DNA of 64,000 bases from assembly GCA_963743305.1 (NCBI GenBank), contig CAVUPH010000021.1:15702-79701 (forward strand), read 5' to 3'. Source of the stretch: an uncultured delta proteobacterium (GTDB taxonomy: Bacteria > Desulfobacterota > RBG-13-43-22). Shown here in pieces: positions 40,112-48,566 of this stretch. Within the stretch, counting starts at the first letter, position 1; the number at the start of each line of letters is the position of its first letter. The notes beneath the pieces are model-generated. The model was not told the DNA's origin. It saw only the letters and a list, made by a program, of their open reading frames with translations, and did not search any database. Both the position numbers and the translations under genes were made by a program.

Positions 40112-40936
40112 TCACGGACTGGTGGAGATTCCGGGGGCCTGGGTGTTCTGTTTTTTCTGTAACGCCCGGGCCTCGTCAACCAGGGTCCAGCTTTTGGCCC
40201 AACTTTGCGCACAAAGGCCGGAAAACTTCTCAAGGGAAGGGCTATCAAAAAACAGGTCGGTTTTTGCAGTAGGAGCCCCATTGGCTAAATGATATTCAGC
40301 CAGGGCGGTGATGTAGTCATAGCGCCTGTCCTTCTCAATGATGATCGGCGGATAGCCGGATTTGAGGCAAGGCAGGTTGGAAACCAGCCGCGCAATCCGG
40401 CCGTTTCCATCCCAAAAGGGATGGATGCCCACAAAAGAGAGGTGAAGCCGAACAAAGGATTTCAAGCCTTCCTTTGGCTCTTTCGGGGCCTTAACCTCAC
40501 TATTCAGCAGGTCCAACCAGCGGGCCATAAGCTGGGGGACTTCCCAATAGCTTGAAAATTGAATGATTGTTGGCGTGTCGCCAAGGGTGATGGTGGTGAA
40601 GTTGTTTTCATTTTTCCAGCCGCCGATAGGCTGGTAAACGTCAAGAATCTGTTCATTGATGACCAGCCTCTGGAGGTCGAACAAGTCCTCCGCGGTGAAC
40701 GGGTCCTTTTTAACCAGGTTCAGCAACAAGTCCACGGCGCGGGCGTGGCCCTCAACGTCCCTGTGGTCTTTGAGGGGCTTGCCTTTGATGGTCAACCCCT
40801 CGCTTAAAACAAAGTCCGTTTCCCCTAAGGTCAGCGTATTGCCCTCAATGGAAGTCGAGGCGTGCGTCCACAAGACCCGGAGTCCCTTGAGCAGGTTTTT
40901 TTTAAGGTCGTCCGATAATCCGTCCAGAAACTTCAT
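40112..40936 (-). CDS. Fic family protein
   Basis: HPFWDGNGRIAR Fic motif; STSIEGN inhibitory helix motif. Confidence 0.93.
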   Translation of the reverse strand: MKFLDGLSDDLKKNLLKGLRVLWTHASTSIEGNTLTLGETDFVLSEGLTIKGKPLKDHRDVEGHARAVDLLLNLVKKDPFTAEDLFDLQRLVINEQILDVYQPIGGWKNENNFTTITLGDTPTIIQFSSYWEVPQLMARWLDLLNSEVKAPKEPKEGLKSFVRLHLSFVGIHPFWDGNGRIARLVSNLPCLKSGYPPIIIEKDRRYDYITALAEYHLANGAPTAKTDLFFDSPSLEKFSGLCAQSWAKSWTLVDEARALQKKQNTQAPGISTSP

Positions 40937-41100
40937 ATTTTGGCCCCTGTAATGGACGCGGGTTTCACGATAATTCCCCGATATATAACACGATAACAAA
41001 CTATCCTGTTATATATCAAGGCTTAAAAAACCATTCAAGAAAAAATGGCCCCCTCGCAAAAGCGGCGGGACGTCCTTAGAAATGATATGAAAGTCTTTTG

Positions 41101-41129
41101 TTGACGCGATATATAAAAAAATATATATT
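41101..41129 (+). promoter_or_regulatory. TA operon promoter with palindromic operator
   Basis: TTGACG-N17-TATATT overlapping ATATATA-N6-TATATAT. Confidence 0.55.
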
Positions 41130-41135
41130 CATATA

Positions 41136-41642
41136 ATGTGGGGCGAGGATGAAATTGAACTTAAAGGGCTTGAGTGGATAGCTTCAAGCCGAAAGGACAT
41201 GCAGACTTTGCCGCGCTCTGTTCAGCGCGTTTTTGGCTATGCGTTTTACGCGGCCCAATGTGGTGAGAAACCACCGGAAGCGAAGCCGCTTAAAGGGTTT
41301 GGCGGAGCGGGCGTTCTTGAACTGGTCGAGGATCACAGGGGCGATACCTATCGCGCTGTTTATACCGTCCGGTTCGCCGCAAAGGTTTATGTATGGCACG
41401 TATTTCAGAAGAAGGCCAGGCATGGGATTGCAACGCCGAAGCATGAATTAGATTCTTCCATCCATTGTTTTGAGAATTTGTCTCTAACAATAGATGGAAG
41501 AATCTAAATTAAAAGACGTTTTCTTTGAACCTTTTAAAGTGGTTTTTATTACAGCCAAAAATATTTCAAATATTTTTGGCTAGACTTAATCCGCGCCCGT
41601 TTGAAGCAGGCCGAGGGCCATTACCAGGAGACTTTGATATGA
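41136..41642 (+). pseudogene. RelE/HigB-like (Gp49) toxin interrupted by a 132-bp insertion
   Basis: WIASSRKD, AKPLKGFGGAGVLE, YRAVYTV, HVFQKK..GIATPKHELD; deleting 41449-41580 restores LIRARLKQAE..* with ATGA overlap to the antitoxin. Confidence 0.87.
41449..41584. mobile_element. Small non-autonomous insertion with two hairpins, flanked by TAGA direct repeat
   Basis: TAGA at 41449 and 41581; hairpin 41448-41507 (homologous to 4995-5056); perfect 14-bp IR agccaaaaatattt-c-aaatatttttggct at 41553-41581. Confidence 0.8.
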
Positions 41643-41977
41643 CGATAGATCGCGAAAAAAGCAGCGGCAATGTTTTTGCCGATCTTGGGTTCCCCCATTC
41701 GGAGCAGGAGCTTGTTAAAGCCAAGCTAACGGTACAAATTTACCGGCTCCTGAAAGACCGGGGGCTAACCCAAGCCGAAGCCGCGAAACTTCTTGGATCC
41801 ACGCAGGCGCAAGTATCGGCGCTTATGCGCTGCCGTCCCGTGTCGGTATCCATTGGCCGGTTGATAGAGTTTCTAACGGTACTCGGGCAGGATGTAGAAG
41901 TCACGGTTAAACCGGCCTCCCGGAGAAGCAAGGGGCAACAAGGACATATGTCCGTCACGGTTCAGCCCACTTGTTAA
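41639..41977 (+). CDS. XRE/HTH_37 antitoxin
   Basis: SSGNVFADLG, LTQAEAAKLLG.TQ..VSAL, FLTVLGQDVEV. Confidence 0.9.
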   Translation: MTIDREKSSGNVFADLGFPHSEQELVKAKLTVQIYRLLKDRGLTQAEAAKLLGSTQAQVSALMRCRPVSVSIGRLIEFLTVLGQDVEVTVKPASRRSKGQQGHMSVTVQPTC

Positions 41978-41989
41978 AGGGGATTAACT

Positions 41990-42304
41990 ATGGCACGGAT
42001 TATCCTTCACCCGGGAGAACACTTGGCCGACGAATTAAAGGCGCTCGGCATGAGCGCCAACGAGCTGGCAAAAGAATTGGGTGTGCCGACGAACAGGCTG
42101 ACCCAGATCATACGAGGTAAACGCGGCATTACCGGCGACACGGCCCTGCGCCTTGGCCGGTGGTTCGGCACGGGGCCGGATATCTGGATTAACCTGCAAA
42201 AAAACTATGAATTGCGGATGGCTGCACTTGAGATAGGCGATGCGCTGGAAAAAATTCCGCAGCATTACGGCAAAGTGAAAACGAACGGCGAGCTACACCC
42301 CTAA
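41990..42304 (+). CDS. higA: HigA family addiction-module antidote protein
   Basis: HPGEHL, ELAKELGVPTNR, GKRGITGDTALRL, WINLQ..YEL. Confidence 0.9.
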   Translation: MARIILHPGEHLADELKALGMSANELAKELGVPTNRLTQIIRGKRGITGDTALRLGRWFGTGPDIWINLQKNYELRMAALEIGDALEKIPQHYGKVKTNGELHP

Positions 42305-42490
42305 TCTGGCCGTCCGGCAAGTTGTCACTCTGAACCTTGATTACGTATATCACCTACTAATGTTCGCGCGCCATGGCCCAGAGATCCAAGTATTTCCGTT
42401 TGAACTGTTCGGACAAAGGCAGAGCCATTTCTGCTCCTGTCTTCGTCCCGGCGCGGTTTAATATAAGAGTTGACTGTGATGGCAAAATCC

Positions 42491-43039
42491 TCACAGGAAC
42501 TTCAGGACCAGGGGTAGATATATTTCAAAATGGCGAAGATCGGTGGACACCCCATAGGCCGTGGCTCCGCTGCCCCCTTTGAGGCTGATCCAGCCCACGT
42601 TCTCCCCCCAGGCGTAACCGGCAAAGGCCCCGGTCCCAGGGTCGATGGTCACTCCGCCGCCGGTGGGGGCAAAGTTGATCCAGCCCACGTTGGCGCCCCA
42701 GCCATAGCCGGCTAATCTGCCACTGTGATCGCGGTTGACGCCGTAGTTATCGGCAGCGCTGTTCTCATACGTATGGGGGCTGCCGCCGGTGTGGGTCCCC
42801 AGTCGAATCCAGCCGACATTCTCGGCCCAGGCATATCCTTCCAGGTGATCTTCGTACACGGCGACATCTCCGCCGGCGGAGGGGTTGAAGTTGATCCAGC
42901 CCGCATTCGTACTCCAGGCATATTTGGCCGCAGAGTCAATCCCGGCGGCTGAACTTATCTGGCACATACTCAGCAGGACCAGGAAAACGGCCGCGAACAA
43001 TGCTCCGCGTCCTCTCGGTTTCGGTCTTGTGTAGATCAT
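42491..43039 (-). CDS. Secreted protein with GYAW.EN.GWI repeats and C-terminal IYLPLVLK motif
   Basis: Signal peptide; four YAW/YGW..N.GWI repeats; ends IYLPLVLKFL. Confidence 0.8.
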   Translation of the reverse strand: MIYTRPKPRGRGALFAAVFLVLLSMCQISSAAGIDSAAKYAWSTNAGWINFNPSAGGDVAVYEDHLEGYAWAENVGWIRLGTHTGGSPHTYENSAADNYGVNRDHSGRLAGYGWGANVGWINFAPTGGGVTIDPGTGAFAGYAWGENVGWISLKGGSGATAYGVSTDLRHFEIYLPLVLKFL

Positions 43040-43193
43040 GTAAAAACCTCCCTTCGCAGTACTGATCAGCCAACTTCTGTGAGAACACCAGGACTTAACC
43101 TCAAAAAATGCCCGCCCCGCGAGCGGGGGCATAGCCCCATGCACCTCCAGTCAAGGATCAAATAAACCAAAGAATCAAAAAAACCAATCATCT

Positions 43194-44176
43194 TCATTGC
43201 CCGCCACGGACGGGCCACACGTAGTACAGTGACGTATTCTTACCGCCGTCTGGCACTGGCGCCGTGAGACTAGGTACACGATCCACGCTGAGGTCCGTAT
43301 TGCCCGCGTACGTAGTGCTCGACCAGTAGTAATCCGACTGGACGCCGTGAACGGCATCTCCTGCAGTCGTCCACTTTGCTGGTCCCGGCGGCATTCGATA
43401 ATGAAGGGAAACGATAGGCAAAATCGATCAGGCTCTGAAGTTCCTTGACATTGGGCAGGCGCCAGTCGCCCGCCGTAGAACCATCGATGAGACCGCAGTT
43501 TCCGCTTGCCAGATTATTCGCCGTCAGCTCAAGGCCATCCGCCCAGTTCTTGATTCCAAAGCAGTTGGCGTTTCTTAGCCAGATCAGCCCGGTCAGGTTG
43601 TCGGTCACCGTGCCGTCATGCTGGACCGGTTATCCGTAAACCGAGGGTTCGGCCAGACCACCCCTTTTTGAAGGGCGCCATCATCTCCTGGTGAAGATGA
43701 CGTAGTCTGCCCGGTCTTGGGAACCCCAGCCAGCGGGTACGTACCCACCACCCCGAAAATGTTTACACCCTGCTTGATATTTTCCGGCGCCAGATCCGTG
43801 TCCACGGCGCGGCATTGTACCGGTCTTCAATCCCCATTGTCCGCTGGTGAGTCCCCAGTAGGTCTTTCCTGCGAGTACTTGGCCCGGCCCGGCCCCGTTG
43901 GCGTCATCCAGGGCCGGCAACTTCCCCATGATTTCATCCAGGGTGTGGCCTGTGCTCACCGGCCCACTGCTAGGCTCGGTGAATGACGCCATCTTGCTCC
44001 CCGCCGTCGCCGGCGTTCAGCCGGTCATAAATCTGCTCCAGGGTGTACATCTGCGAACCGGCCGCAGTCGGCCCCCCGCTCGGCTCCAGGTCCCCCGCCA
44101 ACACCACGACTGCCGAAAACAGCACCCCCATGACAACTCCCACTACGATTCCTGTCCACCTGTTCTGATTACGCAT
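43194..44176 (-). pseudogene. DUF1566/Lcl C-terminal (CLec-fold) secreted protein with multiple frameshifts
   Basis: Fragments: signal peptide, VPKTGQ...GDDG..QKG..WPNPRFTDN, DGTVTDNLTGLIW, DWRLPNVKELQSL, YWSSTT, AW.V, YVWPVRGGQ*. Confidence 0.85.
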
Positions 44177-44522
44177 GGTGTACCTCCTTATGTGCTATTT
44201 TATATTTAGAGTTTCGTATTCCCTTAGCCTTTCCCAACTCTTCCAAAAATCCCTCCTAACCTCTTCGCCCCGGCGTATCTACTGCCAGAGATACCGCCCC
44301 CGGGAGGGGGTATCCCTCCAAACCAGCCCATGGAAGACATGTTACTTGGTTATTTTGGCCTTGGATTGAACTGAATTATACACCGTTTTGTGAATAGGAA
44401 ATAGGGGGAATTCGACCCTGTGAGGCAATAGTTCGGCGGGGGGGGGGAAGCAACGATTTTCGTTTGAACTCTTCCAGAATGAATAAACAATCAAAAACAA
44501 CAGGAAGCACTTATTGCCTCTC

Positions 44523-44729
44523 TTACCAGCCCTCGCTGTGAGTTTTAAGCCGGTTCAACATCCGGTCGGATACCTTCATGTCTTCGCCGGTATGAATGCT
44601 TTCCTTCGATTGGTCGCAATACCAGCCGGGCATATCGAAAGTAAGGCTCTCGCCTTTATAGGTGAGCGTCATCGGACGTACGTCGCGGTGCATCGGCGCC
44701 CCTGTCTTTGGACAGATAGGATTAGCCAT
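44523..44729 (-). pseudogene. mqsA: MqsA-type antitoxin, Zn-finger N-terminus only (HTH missing)
   Basis: PICPKTGAPM.RDVRPMTLTYKG...MPGWYC...ESIHTGEDMKVSDR; stops before the HTH. Confidence 0.8.
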
Positions 44730-44828
44730 TGTCTTTCTCCTTGAACGACGGCAACAAAAAATCGGTGACGACATCAGCGGTGAACTTCACATAGAGCGTA
44801 CCGGCCGGTGAGGGGAGGTGATACACGT
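44726..44828 (-). pseudogene. mqsR: MqsR toxin C-terminal fragment
   Basis: VYHLPSPAGTLYVKFTADVVTDF..SFKEK; continues beyond the IS. Confidence 0.78.
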
Positions 44829-44897
44829 TGCACTGGTAAAGTACTAACAGACACCTTGAAGAGCATGGTAAAATAACCCAACTTTTGGAGGTGTCCC

Positions 44898-45197
44898 ATG
44901 ACCGAACAGAACAAAAAGACCTATACCCCGGAGTTTAAGAAGGAGGCCGTACGGCTGGTAACCGAACAGGGTTACAAGGTAACCGAGGCCGCACGGAACC
45001 TAGGCATCCACCCCAGTGTCTTGACCCGCTGGAAAGGGCAGTTGGCCTCCGAGGGGACCAACGCCTTCCCGGGCAAGGGGCGTTTAACCCCTGAAAAAGA
45101 AGAACTCCAGAAACTCCGTAAGGAAAACCAGCGGCTAAAAATGGAGCGTGACATCTTAAAAAAAGCCGCGGCCTTCTTTGCCAACGAGTCGAGGTAA
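44898..45197 (+). CDS. IS3 transposase OrfA
   Basis: YTPEFKKEAVRLV HTH, ENQRLKMERDILKKAAAFF; A7G -1 frameshift site at 45158-45165. Confidence 0.93.
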   Translation: MTEQNKKTYTPEFKKEAVRLVTEQGYKVTEAARNLGIHPSVLTRWKGQLASEGTNAFPGKGRLTPEKEELQKLRKENQRLKMERDILKKAAAFFANESR

Positions 45198-45244
45198 GAT
45201 ACGACTTTGTCCGGCAGCAACAGAAGGCCTATCCCATAACCGTT

Positions 45245-46066
45245 TTGTGCCGGGTTATGGAAGTCAGCCGGAGTGGGTACTATCATTACTTGAAAAAAGC
45301 CCAAACGCAACCGATAGATAAGGATTTTGAATTGTTGTCCCAAGTACGCCATATTCATAAAGAAACCCGAGGAACCTACGGATCCCGTCGGATGGCAAGA
45401 GCGCTGAAGGACGAGGGCTACGCCGTGGGCCGCTTTCGGGCCCGGAGTCTGATGAAAAAAGCCGGGCTGGAGGTCAAGCGACCCAAGCGCTTCAAGAGAA
45501 CCACGGACAGCCGGCATAAGCTGCCGGTGGCCCCCAACCGGTTGAACCAGCAGTTTAAGGTTGATCAGCCGAACAAGATCTGGTGTGGCGACATCACCTA
45601 TCTCTGGACCCTGGAAGGCTGGCTGTATCTGGCCGTCATTATCGACCTGTATTCGCGTAAAGTGGTCGGGTGGGCCTTGAGTAGCCGTCTGACCACTCCC
45701 TTGGTCCTGGAGGCCCTCCGGATGGCCTATTGGCGCCGGAAACCGGCCCCGGGGTTGATTTATCATTCCGATCGGGGCTCTCAATATGCCGCCGGTGACT
45801 ATCAACGCCAACTGGAAATTTTCCACATGATCCCCAGTATGAGCCGCAAAGGGGACTGCTATGACAACGCGGTAGCCGAAAGTTTTTTTCATACCCTAAA
45901 AACCGAGGAGGTTGGAGATCAGGGCTATCCAGCCCGGGAAGAGGCCCGGCAGGCGGTCATCGACTACATCGAGATGTTTTATAACAGCCGTCGCCTTCAC
46001 TCCTTCCTGGGGTATGTCTCCCCCAATGATTTTGAAAAGCAGTTAACCTTGGCTAAAGTTGCTTAA
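45245..46066 (+). CDS. IS3 transposase OrfB (DDE integrase core)
   Basis: WCGDITY, YLAVIIDLYSR, HSDRGSQY, DNAVAESFF. Confidence 0.95.
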   Translation: MCRVMEVSRSGYYHYLKKAQTQPIDKDFELLSQVRHIHKETRGTYGSRRMARALKDEGYAVGRFRARSLMKKAGLEVKRPKRFKRTTDSRHKLPVAPNRLNQQFKVDQPNKIWCGDITYLWTLEGWLYLAVIIDLYSRKVVGWALSSRLTTPLVLEALRMAYWRRKPAPGLIYHSDRGSQYAAGDYQRQLEIFHMIPSMSRKGDCYDNAVAESFFHTLKTEEVGDQGYPAREEARQAVIDYIEMFYNSRRLHSFLGYVSPNDFEKQLTLAKVA

Positions 46067-46096
46067 CCGGGTGTCCGTTTTTACTTGACCAGATCA

Positions 46097-46145
46097 CGTC
46101 CTGCCAAAGCCGGTGGTCGGCAAAGGCCGTCAAGGTGTTTTCGAT
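46097..46145 (-). pseudogene. mqsR: MqsR toxin upstream fragment
   Basis: LTAFADHRLWQDV joins ..YH across the IS3. Confidence 0.72.
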
Positions 46146-46163
46146 CTTCCATCATATCTCAAT

Positions 46164-46991
46164 TTAAGGGGTTGGCGGTTTTTTCTTGTAGTGCTCGAAC
46201 ATGGCCGCCGAGATTTCCATGCTGGTCGGCCAATGCCCGCGCCTGTGGCCGGCATGGGTTGCATAGACGCCCAGATGGTCGGGGTCAGGCTGCACCACCT
46301 TGCCGTCTTTCAGAAACAGCAAGCCCGCTTTTTCGGTCGGCATACGTGAAACGAAGGCTTCGGCCTCGTCCAGTACAGCGCGTAGGTGGCTGTGAAATAT
46401 CTTGGGGTCAAGCACTTCATTCGAGGGCACGGCCTTTAAATCCTCTTCTCTGTACCGGACGGCATTGCGCCGGATTTCAGCAATCAAGCCTTCGGGGGTA
46501 TAACCGGGAGCTTTTTCGACAGCGGCCCAAATGACCGCACCTAAGGGTAAGATATGATTATGGATGGTGAGAAGATCGACGGCATCGGCTGGTTTCTGCC
46601 TTCCGGCGGCCGCCATGACTTTGTTCGTGGCAAGGTCGATAGGATGCAGTACATAGCCAAAAAGCTCGTCTTTGACTGCTGGGAAAAACCGATAATCGCT
46701 GTCGGCCACCCATTCAAGATGGGTGTGCTCTTTTCCCGCTCGAACTTCTGCCGTAAAAATCGCGGGTTCGCGGCGCATCCATACAACCTCAAGCCTCTCG
46801 GTTTGCAAGGTTGCCGCGTCTTCCTCGGCGGCTTGGGCAACGCGTTCTTCGCGGTCGTGAAAAATGTCGATGTCTTCGGAAAAGCGCGGCCAGTCGCGGT
46901 TAAGCGGCGTGCTGCCCGCAACATAGCTTTCCGGGTTACGATGCGCAGCCAGCAAGCGCAGGATTCGCGATTGAAAATTAGTGAGCGGCAT
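46164..46991 (-). CDS. AbiEii/AbiGii-family nucleotidyltransferase toxin
   Basis: YVAGSTPL...RFSEDIDIF, LATNK..A...R...D..DL. Confidence 0.8.
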   Translation of the reverse strand: MPLTNFQSRILRLLAAHRNPESYVAGSTPLNRDWPRFSEDIDIFHDREERVAQAAEEDAATLQTERLEVVWMRREPAIFTAEVRAGKEHTHLEWVADSDYRFFPAVKDELFGYVLHPIDLATNKVMAAAGRQKPADAVDLLTIHNHILPLGAVIWAAVEKAPGYTPEGLIAEIRRNAVRYREEDLKAVPSNEVLDPKIFHSHLRAVLDEAEAFVSRMPTEKAGLLFLKDGKVVQPDPDHLGVYATHAGHRRGHWPTSMEISAAMFEHYKKKPPTP

Positions 46992-47195
46992 GACAGACCT
47001 TCTCGATCCGTTCAGCCAAACGGCGCGCCGCCAGATTGCCCTCGACGCGCAAATAACGCGCAATCACCAGAGCGTCCTTGGGATTCGGGTCTTCAAGCTC
47101 CCGGACGTTCCAAAGCGCTCGGCTACCGAATTCCTCAAAAGCGAGGCGGTAGAGGCTCATAAAATCGTCAGGCCGGGTTCGGGTTCTGTGTTCAT
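46978..47195 (-). CDS. Small hypothetical partner (putative antitoxin) of the nucleotidyltransferase
   Basis: Overlaps the toxin start; LYRLAFEEFGSRALWN...LRVEGNLAARRLAE; possible extra base in the 5' part. Confidence 0.6.
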
Positions 47196-47362
47196 AACCC
47201 CTTGTTTACCACATGCTCATCATTTTGTCTAATCATTCAATTCTAAAAGAAATCTCTATACAACGAGGATATAAAAGCGGCGGGTCAAAGGGACAGTTAC
47301 CTGTCGTCGGGGATCGGCCAGGCGTCGAAGCGCTTGATTCGGATCAAGACCCAACCCCCGGC

Positions 47363-48553
47363 TCAATGTGTTTGATCGGCCACGGCGGTTAATTTCAGCA
47401 GCCGGATCAAAGGCAGGCAAAGAAGAGTGACCACTCCCACCCCGATGATTCCGGCGGAAAAAGAGCCTTGCTCCCCGGCCCAGCCGATGCCGGTGGGGAT
47501 GAGCCCGCCGCCGAACATGAAACCCAGGGGAACGGTAAAGCCCACCGCCACATTGCGGAGTTTCGGCGGGCCGATGCGACCGATGGCCGTGAAACCGGCC
47601 GGAAAAAAACAGACGGCCACCAGGGGCTGCAAGAAGACGACGATCGTCAACCAGGGCCCGCTCAGTGCTCCCAACAGGATAGTCAACACCCCGGTGGCCC
47701 CGAAAAAAACAGCCAATGATTTTCTTACGCCCCCACGATCCACAAACCATCCGGCACCGAAGGCGATCAGTAACCCGGCGACCCGCGACAGGGCAATCAG
47801 GGTGTTGGCCCAAGTGCGGTCCAAACCGCGTTCACTGATCAGGTACAGAGGCAGCATGGTGTAGACTCCGAAACTGGTCCCGATCCCCAGTCCGAACATG
47901 ACCATCATGATCCAGAAAGAAGGATCTCGAAGCAAAACGGAGACGACCTGGAAGGTCGGCACTTCCCCCTTAAACGTTCCTCCCCGGCCGTAGCGGGCAT
48001 AGGCCAATCCCAGCAGCAGCGAGCAGCCGCTTAAGGCCAGCAGCAGTCCCCGCCAGGAAGACCAGCGCAGAAAGGCTTCCGCCAAAAAGGGAGCCAGGAC
48101 GAAACCCAGGTTCGGGGCCAGCTCATGGACCGCCACGGCCTTTCCCCAGTGCAGGGGTTTCACGATCGAAGTCAAGGTGGCCATCCCGGAGGGTAGATAG
48201 ATGCCGGCCGTCAACCCCAGCAGAAATAGGCCGACCCGGATGGCCCACAGGGGCTGAGGCAGGGAAAGGAAAAACAGCACCCCCCCCATGCCCAAGGCGG
48301 AGAGGACGATGACCCGGCGGTGCGACAGACGGTGGGCCAGATATCCGGAGCCCAGGAGGGCTAGACTGTACCCGGTAGTGACGATCAAAAACAAGCCCCC
48401 GGCCTCCTGGTGGCCAAGCCCCAGGTCCTGTTCCATCACCACCAGTAAAGGACCGAAGATGATCCGGGAAAGGAAATTGATTAGAAAAATGGCGGCCAGG
48501 AAGAGCAGGGAAAGGAGGGAAGGGCGCCACTCCGAGGAGGCAGGATGCGGCAA
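47363..48553 (-). CDS. MFS transporter
   Basis: About 12 hydrophobic helices; GYLAHRLSHRR and GWFVDRGGVRK loop motifs. Confidence 0.9.
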   Translation of the reverse strand: MPHPASSEWRPSLLSLLFLAAIFLINFLSRIIFGPLLVVMEQDLGLGHQEAGGLFLIVTTGYSLALLGSGYLAHRLSHRRVIVLSALGMGGVLFFLSLPQPLWAIRVGLFLLGLTAGIYLPSGMATLTSIVKPLHWGKAVAVHELAPNLGFVLAPFLAEAFLRWSSWRGLLLALSGCSLLLGLAYARYGRGGTFKGEVPTFQVVSVLLRDPSFWIMMVMFGLGIGTSFGVYTMLPLYLISERGLDRTWANTLIALSRVAGLLIAFGAGWFVDRGGVRKSLAVFFGATGVLTILLGALSGPWLTIVVFLQPLVAVCFFPAGFTAIGRIGPPKLRNVAVGFTVPLGFMFGGGLIPTGIGWAGEQGSFSAGIIGVGVVTLLCLPLIRLLKLTAVADQTH

Positions 48554-48566
48554 TTCTTCTATCCCT

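Larger units (their letters stand above)
44829..46096 (+). mobile_element. Complete IS3-family insertion sequence
   Basis: TG...CA ends; IRL tgcactggtaaagtactaacagacacc / IRR(rc) tgatctggtcaagtaaaaacggacacc; 3-bp TSD CGT. Confidence 0.95.

Noticed and set aside
41525-41638. N-terminal extension of the HTH antitoxin given in the ORF track
   Set aside because: It derives from the inserted element and the toxin tail; the true start is ATG 41639 after an aggag RBS
43194-44176. Complete DGR in this window
   Set aside because: No template repeat, avd or reverse transcriptase visible; kept only as a candidate remote target
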